Part shown: positions 7,442 through 15,602 of the stretch, one piece after another | Layout of the letters: the number at the start of each line of letters is the position of its first letter | How positions within the stretch are numbered: the first letter of the stretch is position 1 | Source of the DNA: Candidatus Iainarchaeum sp. | GTDB taxonomy: Archaea > Iainarchaeota > Iainarchaeia > JAGGVJ01 | Direction: 5' to 3' | Length of the DNA: 24,371 nucleotides | Assembly (NCBI GenBank): GCA_021158055.1 | Contig: JAGGVJ010000014.1 | Location: 1-24,371, forward strand | Notes under the pieces: generated by a model | What the model saw: only the letters and a program-made list of their open reading frames with translations | Databases searched by the model: none | What the model was told of the DNA's origin: nothing | Translations under genes and position numbers: made by a program

Positions 7442-7515
7442 TGGTGCACCGACGGGGAATCGAACCCCGGTAACAAGCTTGGAAGGCTTGAGTCATGCCG
7501 CTAGACCATCGGTGC
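7442..7515 (-). tRNA. tRNA-Gly (TCC), intron-less, CCA encoded
   Basis: GCACCGA/TCGGTGC acceptor stem, D arm TGGTCTAGCGGCATGAC, anticodon arm CAAGC-CTTCCAA-GCTTG, T arm CGGGG-TTCGATT-CCCCG and 3' ACCA. Confidence 0.97.
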
Positions 7516-7726
7516 ATTTGTTTAAATGTTTTATTTTTGAGTACTCTATATATGTGCTTTGAAAAAATAAAAACATTGCCCCTGCTTTCAATCAGTTGAA
7601 TAATTGAGAAATAGGCTTGACGGCTGTTGGTGCTGCCACCTGGTTGTTTGATGCCTGTTGCTGGCTATTGATAAGTATGACTAACTATTTTGACTGCCTT
7701 TGGTTGACAACACGCTTGTTTTGTTT

Positions 7727-7981
7727 TCAGTCAAGTATTTTGTCAGCGTATTTGTGGCTCAGTATTGCAAAGATGACAAAAATTGTTCCTATCCCGAAAA
7801 GTTCAAAAATTTGAATCAGTTGAATGTTTTTGAAAGCAATGCTAACAGGCACTCCCAAAGTTTCGATTCTTGAGACGTTTCCAAGAAAGTCCATCAGTGT
7901 AGTTACTCCAAAATAGAAATAAGTAGCTGATATAAACCCGTTTAAGGCAGTAATTATTTTTATTGCGAGTTCTTTTTCCAT
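7727..7981 (-). CDS. Small membrane protein (about 2 TM), unknown function
   Basis: 84 aa with ATG start and two hydrophobic segments. No family recognised. Confidence 0.6.
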   Translation of the reverse strand: MEKELAIKIITALNGFISATYFYFGVTTLMDFLGNVSRIETLGVPVSIAFKNIQLIQIFELFGIGTIFVIFAILSHKYADKILD

Positions 7982-8113
7982 AAATCCATTAAAGTATCGG
8001 GGTGTTTTTATTTGTTTTGGTTGTTGTTATTCTGCAGATTGATTGCCGCGGTTGGTTTTGTTGGTCTTAGGGTCGGTGTTTTTATTGCGTTTTTGTTTTG
8101 CTAATTATCCTGT

Positions 8114-8731
8114 TTATTGATTTTCCTTGTTATGCTTTGTTTTTTTCGCATGCAGGATGTATATAAGTATAATTACTGCGAGTAATGCAAGAATTATTCC
8201 GCTCAAAACTGTCGGGTTTGCTGCAAGAAAAAACAACCCGGTGGGGTTGGCTGTTTCGTTTAATTTTTCACTAAGTTCGTTTCCTTCCCGGCTGTTTTGT
8301 CCTGTTTCGGCTGCTTTTTCTGTTGCGTTCTTTAAGATTTCAGTATTTTCCACAGAAACACTGACAGGTATTTTTATGCCTGCCCTTACATCTGTTTTCC
8401 CGGAATCATTTGAGACAATGAAGAGAGTTGCCTTGAAGTTGCCTTTGATTTTCCCTAAGTCAAGTTGTATTGCTACTTCCGAGGTTTTCTCTTTTTCCAG
8501 TGAAAAGGCATTTGGAAAGGGGGTGATGGCATTTGAGTCAGAGTAGACAAGGTAATCTGATTTTTTTTCACTGTTATTTATTACATAAATTTTTTTCAAT
8601 AGGTCGTTTTCTGAATCAATGTGAACATCCAGATATGCAGGGGTTGCTGCGAGTCCTGCAGCGTTTGCATTGTCTGTTAATAAAAAAAGAAAAAAGAAAA
8701 GGAAAAAGAATTTTATTTTCATTTCGACCAC
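8114..8731 (-). CDS. Secreted Ig-like protein with C-terminal membrane anchor
   Basis: Signal peptide (KIKFFFLFFFLFLLTDNANA; probable start ATG 8722), a beta-sandwich-like region, a low-complexity linker, then TGLFFLA, a TM helix and a basic tail. Co-oriented 34 nt downstream of the 664-aa gene. Confidence 0.75.
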   Translation of the reverse strand: MVEMKIKFFFLFFFLFLLTDNANAAGLAATPAYLDVHIDSENDLLKKIYVINNSEKKSDYLVYSDSNAITPFPNAFSLEKEKTSEVAIQLDLGKIKGNFKATLFIVSNDSGKTDVRAGIKIPVSVSVENTEILKNATEKAAETGQNSREGNELSEKLNETANPTGLFFLAANPTVLSGIILALLAVIILIYILHAKKTKHNKENQ

Positions 8732-8765
8732 TTTTTTTGTTTTTCCTTTTCTGCCTTTATTTCCT

Positions 8766-10760
8766 TTAATCAGGGATTCCTGTGGCGGTTGCCCAGAAAG
8801 TCAATGTGCCTGTTTCTGTTCCTGTTCCAGAGTAATTTTCCGGCGTGTCAAGGCTTGTTGAAACGGTTGACTCGTGTACGAAGTCGCCGGGATCAGCTGT
8901 CAATCCCATGAGGAAGATGTCCCATGGGTTTGCATCCAGCAACAGGTTTTTTGTGTACAGTGTGCCTTCGCTGTCTGTCACTTCTGCTTCTATTTTCAGA
9001 TTCCATGACCCGCTGTTTTTCAGTGTCAGCTTTGTGCCTGAAACATTGTATCCGGGTCCGAATGAGCCGAAATCAATTGACAACGGGTTCACTGAAAAAG
9101 AAACAGCAGGGATGATTACTGAGGTCATCCGGACATCCGAGCTTGTTTGTTCTCCTCCGTCCACGCTGAATTCAAGTTTTTCGCTTCTAAAGTATTTGCC
9201 GTCGGGTTTTTCCGCGTAGACCTGTTTTGCGCCTCCGGAAGAAAATGTTATTGTCGCTGTTCCCAAGTCATCGGTTGTCTGTTCAGAGCTTGCGCCTTTT
9301 ACTGTCGCGCCTTCCAGCGGATGCCATTTGCCTTCGTCTTTGTGAAAGTATTCCACTGTTACGTCGACGTTTTCCCCTGCGTTAGCTTCTGTCGAACCGG
9401 CTGTTATCCTGAGCGCGCTTGCGTTCCAGTCCCCGTAAAACCACACTGCTTTTTCGTGCGGCGGGTTTGGCGGACTGCTTTCCTGCCATATGAAGCTGTT
9501 CACTGAAGTGAACCCGGTTGAATGGTAATCGACCCTTATGTTCCACCCGTCCAGTCCGCTTGCATCATATCCTGCCACGCCGTTCACGTAAAACCCCATT
9601 GCAGGGTACCATTCGTCACTGATGCTCACCGAAAAACTGTTTTCTTTTCCTGCCTGAAGCAATCCCATCAACAGGCTGGGTTCTGTCAGGGTGTATGTTG
9701 TCTGGCTGTTTGAAGACGTGAAGTCAATTGAGTCAGGCAGTTCTATTTCGGTGTCAAGGATTGTCTGGTCAGGTGCTTCTATCCTGATTGCCATTGTGTG
9801 GCTTGTTGCCTGCTGAATGGTTTTTACCGGGTGGGGTTTTCCAAGCAGTGCGTTGACGGCGTTTGCAGTGGTCCACCCGCTTGAAGTCAGTTCCGGATTA
9901 GCGTAAGGGTTGCTGAATCCCCCGTCTGCCTGCTGCCAGTCAAGAATGTAATCAACAGGGTTTGTGCCGTTTTTATCCCACTCGGCTGAAGTGGGGTCTT
10001 GTTCAACTGCTGCAATTGATTCAATTGCGTAAGAGGTTGAATCCGGGTTTGCCTGCCCCCATGAAACGAAGCCGGCGCTACTTGAGTGCTGTTGGGTTTT
10101 CAGATAATCTATTGCGTTCTCTATGTTTGTTTCCGTTTTTGGCTTTCCGGCTGAAACAAGGGCCATTATTGCGGTTGCCGTGCTGTCGGCGTCGCTTGAC
10201 TGGCCTGTGCCCCAGCTCCACCCGTTGTCTGTTCCCTGGTTTGATTCAATGAAATTGACCATTCCCTGTATTTCTGTTGATGAAGCAGGTTCTCCTGCGC
10301 AGATTAATGCGATTACTCCCCAGAAATCATCATTTAGCAGGGTTGAACTTCCCATTTGCGCTTCGCCGTGGTTGTACATTGATTTCAGTTTTGCAACATA
10401 GTCAAGCCCGTTGAAGTTTTTCGGGTCTTTGTCTGCTGCAACGATTGCAATGATCTGCCTTTCAAAGTCTGTTGCTGTCCTGCCTGGGTCATCAAACCAC
10501 AAGGCATCTTTTTTTATGCAGTCAACCAGTGAGTTGTCTCCTGTAGACCATTCGCTTGAGGAAGGGTCTTCACCTGCTGCTGTAACTGCGCTTATCACCC
10601 ATGCGCTTGTTGAAAATCCTCCGATGCACCCGTCGCTGTCCTGCTGTGATTTGAAATAATCCAGTGAGTTTGCTATTTCAGTGTCAGAGGCATTCATCGG
10701 ATAGGCATGAGCCCCGGCAGTCAATAGTAATATGACCAAAATACTTAATGCGTGTTTCAA
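8766..10760 (-). CDS. Secreted transcobalamin-like protein: prenyltransferase/squalene-cyclase-type alpha/alpha repeats + DUF4430-like domain + Ig-like and pilin-like C-terminal domains
   Basis: Signal peptide and TTG start with AGGTGG SD. Repeated (Y/F)xxxQxxDG(G)(F/W) helical-barrel motifs (YFKSQQDSDG, FIESNQGTDNGW, YLKTQQHSSSAGF, YILDWQQADGGF). Then GFYVNGVAG...DGWNIRVD...VWFY (DUF4430-like), PLEGATV...TDDLGTATITF (Ig-like) and a C-terminal GTLTFWAT. Confidence 0.78.
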   Translation of the reverse strand: MKHALSILVILLLTAGAHAYPMNASDTEIANSLDYFKSQQDSDGCIGGFSTSAWVISAVTAAGEDPSSSEWSTGDNSLVDCIKKDALWFDDPGRTATDFERQIIAIVAADKDPKNFNGLDYVAKLKSMYNHGEAQMGSSTLLNDDFWGVIALICAGEPASSTEIQGMVNFIESNQGTDNGWSWGTGQSSDADSTATAIMALVSAGKPKTETNIENAIDYLKTQQHSSSAGFVSWGQANPDSTSYAIESIAAVEQDPTSAEWDKNGTNPVDYILDWQQADGGFSNPYANPELTSSGWTTANAVNALLGKPHPVKTIQQATSHTMAIRIEAPDQTILDTEIELPDSIDFTSSNSQTTYTLTEPSLLMGLLQAGKENSFSVSISDEWYPAMGFYVNGVAGYDASGLDGWNIRVDYHSTGFTSVNSFIWQESSPPNPPHEKAVWFYGDWNASALRITAGSTEANAGENVDVTVEYFHKDEGKWHPLEGATVKGASSEQTTDDLGTATITFSSGGAKQVYAEKPDGKYFRSEKLEFSVDGGEQTSSDVRMTSVIIPAVSFSVNPLSIDFGSFGPGYNVSGTKLTLKNSGSWNLKIEAEVTDSEGTLYTKNLLLDANPWDIFLMGLTADPGDFVHESTVSTSLDTPENYSGTGTETGTLTFWATATGIPD

Positions 10761-10926
10761 GAAACCACCTGTTGCTTGTTTAAAATTTTTGATATGTTGT
10801 TTTTTTCAAAAAGATTATCAATGAAAAAGTTAACAAAAAGATAATATTTTCCAGAATACGAACTTTTTTAAACTACTCTTTTGGATAATAATTATTAGTT
10901 ATTAGTTAATGCTTGATTATTGATAG

Positions 10927-11448
10927 TTGGTGTCTGATTTGGATATTTTCAGGGTTTTGGGCAACGAGAACCGGAGAAAAATTTTGAAGCTCTTGTTTGA
11001 AGAAGAGTTGCATATCAATGGAATTGCAAAAAGGCTCGGTATTTCTGTGCCGGTTGTTTTTAAGCATGTAAAAGTATTGGAAGACAATGAATTGATTGAA
11101 AGAAAGAAAATCGGAAACATGCATGTTCTGAAGATAAGGAGCGCGTATGTTGCCACGATCAGGAAGGTTTTTAATGCGATTGAAAAATCCCATATGATAA
11201 AAGCGGAAAAAGGAGAGACGCTCCTGAGTGTTTTTAAGCGCGTTTCCGGAATCGGATTAAAAAAATCCAAGAACGGTTATTTTGTTGATAGTATTGACGG
11301 AAAAAAAGGTTTTTTTCTGTTTGAGGTAAATGGGAAGATTCCGAACAGGCCGCTGGAGAAGGTGGTGCTGAAGAAAAATTCGGAAGTAAGTTTTTATCGT
11401 TTGACGCCTGTTCTTGGAAAAATATTTGAGATAAACTTGACGGAATAG
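10927..11448 (+). CDS. ArsR/SmtB-type HTH regulator fused to a C-terminal DUF4430/transcobalamin-beta-like domain
   Basis: N-terminal IFRVLGNENRRKILKLL...IAKRLGISVPVVFKHVKVLEDNELI is an ArsR wHTH. C-terminal GETLLSVFKR...GYFVDSIDGKKGFFLFEVNGK...VLKKNSEVSFY matches the DUF4430 pattern (T.L..L...FV..I.G....W.F.VNG......L..GD.V.F). Confidence 0.78.
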   Translation: MVSDLDIFRVLGNENRRKILKLLFEEELHINGIAKRLGISVPVVFKHVKVLEDNELIERKKIGNMHVLKIRSAYVATIRKVFNAIEKSHMIKAEKGETLLSVFKRVSGIGLKKSKNGYFVDSIDGKKGFFLFEVNGKIPNRPLEKVVLKKNSEVSFYRLTPVLGKIFEINLTE

Positions 11449-11514
11449 CCGGTTTTCAGAAATAATATTTGACTACTGCAAACCCTTAAATCTATGTTTC
11501 GCTCTTTTTTTAGT

Positions 11515-13059
11515 GTGGCAGTTTGGGCTAAAAAATACGCTCCGGAAACTTTGTCCGAAGTGATTGGAAACGAGTATGCGCTCAAGAAACTGAAGAAGTG
11601 GGCTTTTTTGTGGAGTGAAGGCAATTCTCAGATGCCTTTGCTGCTTTCCGGGACTACCGGTGTGGGAAAGACTGCTTGTGTGTATGCTCTGGCAAAGGAT
11701 TTTGATTTTGATCTGCTTGAAACAAACGCGTCTGACACCCGCAAGAAGGATTTTGTTGAAAAGCTTCTTGGCGCGGCTTCCCAGTCTTCTACTTTGAGCG
11801 GCAGGAAAAGAATCATTTTAATCGATGAAGCGGATGGCCTGCAGGGAAATGCAGACCGCGGGGGGGCGTCGGCAATACTCAAGGTGCTGAAGGGTGCTTG
11901 TGTTCCTGTGATTTTAACTGCAAGTGATGCTTACGCCCGGTCTTTGCAGTTGATCCGAAAGGAATGCACGATTGTGAAGTTCAAGGAAGTGAATTACCAC
12001 GACATTGCATTGAGGCTGCTTTTTATTGCAAAAGAAGAGGGTGTTGCTGCAGAACAGGAGGCGGTTGAGGAACTGGCGCGGGATTCAAGCGGGGATGTGA
12101 GATCCTGCATTAACGATTTTCAGGTGTTGTGTGCAGGGAAAAAAAACGTGTCAAAGTCTGATTTGGATGTTCTGGGTTTTCGGAAGAGAAGCCAGAATGT
12201 CAAGGAAGCGATACGAATTGTGTTTAATTCATCGGATTATCAGGAGATTAGGTCAGCTAACTGGTCAACCAGCGTTGACCCTGATTTGTTCAAGAAATGG
12301 ATTGTTGAAAATGTCCCGTATGAATACGAGGGAGAAGATGTTGTTTCCGCATTGAATCAATTGTCTCGCGCTGATGTTTTTGACGGCAGGATCTTAAACA
12401 GGCAGTGTTACGGGTTTTTGAGGTATTCAAACGAACTGGTTACGGCGGGAGTTGCTTTCAGCAGGTCAAGGCAGTATGACGGGCAGTCAAGTTACAGGTT
12501 TCCGTCGTTTATACTGAAGCTTTCTGCTCAAAAGTCAACGAATGCGCTGAAAAAGGAAATCGGGTTAAAGATTTCATTAAAAAACCATGTTTCAGTAAGG
12601 GATGCTGTGGGTTCAACTTTGCCTTATCTTTCGCAGATGTTTGAAAAAGAAAGCATTGCGTGCGGTTTGACTGCTTTTTTTGGTTTTGATGAAAAAGAAG
12701 TCGCGTTTATAACTGGCAGGAACGTGGCATCTTCTGAAGTCAAAAAAGTGTGTGAAAAAGCAAGGGAAATTGAGCAAAACATTGTCAGGGAGCACATTCA
12801 TCTGTCAAAGAGTTCGTTTTTCTGGGGTGATGATCCTGTTTCCGGCGAGTTCAAACAGGAAAGTGGTAATGAAAGTGGGCTGTCTTCTGAAAGCAGTTCC
12901 CTGAACGTGGAAAACGCCGGTGCTGTACGCCGTTCCAGAAAAGGCGGAGCAGAAGATCAGGAAAGCAAGGACAGTTCTGAAGAAACCGCTCAGGAAAAAA
13001 CCGTTACTGATAGTGCGCGAGATTCTGATTCTGTTCAGACAAATTTGTTCGGGTTTTAA
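11515..13059 (+). CDS. rfcL: Replication factor C large subunit
   Basis: WAKKYAP, Walker A GTTGVGKT, ETNASD, Walker B LIDEAD, GDVRSCIND, LSRADVF and a C-terminal PIP box QTNLFGF after a low-complexity tail. Start is GTG 11515 or ATG 11494. Confidence 0.93.
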   Translation: MAVWAKKYAPETLSEVIGNEYALKKLKKWAFLWSEGNSQMPLLLSGTTGVGKTACVYALAKDFDFDLLETNASDTRKKDFVEKLLGAASQSSTLSGRKRIILIDEADGLQGNADRGGASAILKVLKGACVPVILTASDAYARSLQLIRKECTIVKFKEVNYHDIALRLLFIAKEEGVAAEQEAVEELARDSSGDVRSCINDFQVLCAGKKNVSKSDLDVLGFRKRSQNVKEAIRIVFNSSDYQEIRSANWSTSVDPDLFKKWIVENVPYEYEGEDVVSALNQLSRADVFDGRILNRQCYGFLRYSNELVTAGVAFSRSRQYDGQSSYRFPSFILKLSAQKSTNALKKEIGLKISLKNHVSVRDAVGSTLPYLSQMFEKESIACGLTAFFGFDEKEVAFITGRNVASSEVKKVCEKAREIEQNIVREHIHLSKSSFFWGDDPVSGEFKQESGNESGLSSESSSLNVENAGAVRRSRKGGAEDQESKDSSEETAQEKTVTDSARDSDSVQTNLFGF

Positions 13060-13154
13060 TGCATGAGTTTTTTTTATGTTTTTTTGTTCTGGCAGTAAAT
13101 TTTTGACAGGTTTAAATACTTGTCTTGTATTTTGTGTTTATTGGAGGTGAATAT

Positions 13155-13853
13155 ATGGCTTTTAGCGATATTTTCAGCACGATTCAAACGGGGGTTGTTG
13201 AGGCCACCCAGCAACTGGCTGTCCAGTTTGTCCAAGGAATTGGAGGGATAATCTGGCTTTTGCTTTTCCTGGTATTTGGATATATAGTAGCGTGGTTTGT
13301 TGCGGATGTGATTCTCAAAAGACTGCTTGACCTCATGAAAATCGAGGGAAGGATTAAGCAGGTTGGATTGCAGGACGCGCTTGTCGGATTTACTCTTACA
13401 GGGTTGATTACCGGGTTCACTAAGTTTTACATAGTACTCATGTTTTTGGGCAGTGCAGCTGAAACTTTTAAACTGTTGTTGTTCAACGACGTGATAAAAA
13501 CTTTGTTGTTTTACATCCCGTCCCTGATACAGGGTTTGGCAATTCTTGTTCTCGCGCTTTTCCTGGGTGATTTTATAACAGGAAAAATACGAAAATCAAA
13601 AACATTTCCTTTATCAGGATTGGTTGCAACGGTTATACAGGTAATAATCGCTTACGCTGCATTGGTAATGGCTTTGAATTTGATTTTCCCAAGTGTTGAC
13701 ATATCAATTCTTGTGAACATGTTCAATTTGTTCTTTGGAGCGTTGGCTGTTGGTTCGGGACTTGGTATTGCGATTGCTTTGGGACTGGGGTTAAAGGATT
13801 CTGTTGCCGCAATAGCAAAGAGAAAAGAGAAAGAAATCGAGAAAGCGCTTTAA
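13155..13853 (+). CDS. Multi-pass membrane protein, mechanosensitive-channel TM-helix (CmpX-like) family
   Basis: ATG at 13155 after GGAGGTGA. About 5-6 TM helices, with YIPSLIQGLAILVLALFLGDFI and GIAIALGLGLKD motifs. Confidence 0.75.
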   Translation: MAFSDIFSTIQTGVVEATQQLAVQFVQGIGGIIWLLLFLVFGYIVAWFVADVILKRLLDLMKIEGRIKQVGLQDALVGFTLTGLITGFTKFYIVLMFLGSAAETFKLLLFNDVIKTLLFYIPSLIQGLAILVLALFLGDFITGKIRKSKTFPLSGLVATVIQVIIAYAALVMALNLIFPSVDISILVNMFNLFFGALAVGSGLGIAIALGLGLKDSVAAIAKRKEKEIEKAL

Positions 13854-13878
13854 CAGGCGCTTTCTTTTTTTATTTTTT
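13840..13878 (+). terminator. Hairpin + poly-T terminator between convergent genes
   Basis: AGAAAGCGCTT-TAAC-AGGCGCTTTCT forms an 11-bp stem (one G-U), followed by T-runs. Confidence 0.6.
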
Positions 13879-13938
13879 AACTGTTTTTTTATTCTGAATT
13901 TTTTGCTTTTTTATTTTAAGTTTTGTTTTTTTGAAAAA

Positions 13939-15591
13939 TTAGCTGTTCCCTTGTTTTCCTGCCGGAAGCAGTTCTTCCGCGTCAAACTCGATTAGCGCGA
14001 CTGGCATTTCGATTTCAAAGTTTTCAAGAACTTCCGGGTGCACTTCTCCCATCACGCCGATGGTTTTTCCGTTCAGCAAAATGTTTACTGCGCGGCCGTT
14101 GATGAATGTCGGGTTGCTTGTTTTTTCCAGTTTTGCTTCAAGCCGGAACAGGTGAAATATTGATTCTGCAACTGATTTTATACAGGAAAAGTCTGCTTTT
14201 GATTCTGCGATGAGCACCGTGCACTTTCTTGTTGTCCTGCCGCCGTTTTGTTCCGGAACCATGCAGTCGGCAACTTCAAATATTTTTTGAGGGTATTTGT
14301 TGTGCTTGTTTCGCGAAAGGACGTCCATTAAGCTTGGGGCAAGAGTGTTCCTGCACACGCAGTAATCCACTGTCAGCGGGTTTTCTATTTCAACAACTTT
14401 TGATTCTGGCGAGTTCATTTTTTCAAATAGAAGTTCTTTGTTTGAAAGAATAAACGTGATGGTCTCCTGACACCCGAACCCGATGATTGCCTGCCTTAGT
14501 TTTCTTGAAAAAATCTCGAGTTCTTTTTCTTGTCCGATTCCCTGGACGTTTGGAATTTCCGGGTCAAAGTTTTCTATTCCAAATGCAATCGCTATGTCTT
14601 CGACAAGGTCAATGGCATGCATTACGTCTGTGCGGTAAGGCGGAACCCCCACAGAAAGCGTTTGCGGGTTTTCAACTGTTGCTTCAAATCTCATTTTTTC
14701 AAGGAGCCTTGCGGATTCTTTTATGTCAAGTGTTGTTCCGAGCATTTTGTTGATGTACTTGAGTGACAGGTTCATTTTCCTGTATTTGAGGTTTGGAAAT
14801 GTTTCTTTTCCGACTGTTGTTTCAACAAGGGTTGCATTTCTTTCAAAAAACGCGGTGACGACCATGTTGAGCGCCTGGTCAACCGCTGTTTTGTTTGTGC
14901 CTGTGATTTCAACAAACAAATTTTTTGTGTCAGGTGTTATTTTGGTGTGTTCCGAGTTGATTATGGGCGGAAAGCTCAGTACCTGCCCGGTGCTGTCAAT
15001 GATCATCGGCACAAGTTTGCCTGATTCGAGAATGTGCGCGTATTCGGTTCCTTTCGGGGTTTTTGTGAGTATTTCGTCTGCAGTCATTTTTTTGGCTGTT
15101 TCAAGCGGCACAAAAGAAAAGTCTCTTTTTACTGCTTTGTATGTGAGTGGAAAGCTTATGGTGTCAAGGTTGTGTATTCCGATTGCGACTTTTGAGCGGT
15201 TTCGCCCGTGTGTTATGTGAAGCTTTTCCTGTATCTGCATGATGCTTTTTATGAATTCGTCGCTCATTTCAATGTTTTTTACCGCCGCGCACGCAATGAA
15301 TTCCCGCACGTCTTTTGTGTTTGCATCAACTGAAACTTTCATGTTGCTTTTTTCAACTTTGTATTTGACTGGTCCTGTTTTTTCCCCGATGAATCCTGCG
15401 AGCGCCCGCGAGAACCCTTCAAGGCTTAAAAGGTCCGGCCTGTTTGGGAATACTTCCACTGTAAAATCGTCTCCTTGGTTTTCCTCCCATTCAGTTCCAA
15501 GCATTGGGACGCGGTCTTCGAGTTCTTTTATGGAAACATTTCTTCCGACAAATTTTGACACTTCGGTTCTGTTTAGTTCAATTACTGGCAC
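13939..15591 (-). CDS. pheT: Phenylalanine-tRNA ligase beta subunit (archaeal type)
   Basis: PNRPDLLS, QEKLH...GRNRSKVAIGIH, VLSFPPIINS, PPYRTDVMHAIDLVEDIAIA and GEVHPEVL. GTG start at 15591 after GGTGA (the track gives 15615). Confidence 0.95.
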   Translation of the reverse strand: MPVIELNRTEVSKFVGRNVSIKELEDRVPMLGTEWEENQGDDFTVEVFPNRPDLLSLEGFSRALAGFIGEKTGPVKYKVEKSNMKVSVDANTKDVREFIACAAVKNIEMSDEFIKSIMQIQEKLHITHGRNRSKVAIGIHNLDTISFPLTYKAVKRDFSFVPLETAKKMTADEILTKTPKGTEYAHILESGKLVPMIIDSTGQVLSFPPIINSEHTKITPDTKNLFVEITGTNKTAVDQALNMVVTAFFERNATLVETTVGKETFPNLKYRKMNLSLKYINKMLGTTLDIKESARLLEKMRFEATVENPQTLSVGVPPYRTDVMHAIDLVEDIAIAFGIENFDPEIPNVQGIGQEKELEIFSRKLRQAIIGFGCQETITFILSNKELLFEKMNSPESKVVEIENPLTVDYCVCRNTLAPSLMDVLSRNKHNKYPQKIFEVADCMVPEQNGGRTTRKCTVLIAESKADFSCIKSVAESIFHLFRLEAKLEKTSNPTFINGRAVNILLNGKTIGVMGEVHPEVLENFEIEMPVALIEFDAEELLPAGKQGNS

Positions 15592-15602
15592 GTTTTCACC
15601 TT

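Noticed and set aside
7442-7515. tRNA-Gly as an integration site (att) for an island
   Set aside because: No duplicated tRNA 3' end or integrase was seen, and glyA follows directly.
7353-7562. 69-aa + strand ORF
   Set aside because: It overlaps tRNA-Gly antisense and the glyA promoter, so it is spurious.
8766-10760. Squalene-hopene cyclase or prenyltransferase enzyme
   Set aside because: It has a signal peptide and a single barrel followed by DUF4430-like and Ig-like domains, with no convincing DXDD motif in cyclase context. The architecture fits a secreted binding protein.
10761-10926. Cobalamin riboswitch
   Set aside because: Too AT-rich, with no B12-box or GGGAA/GCCACUG-like core visible.
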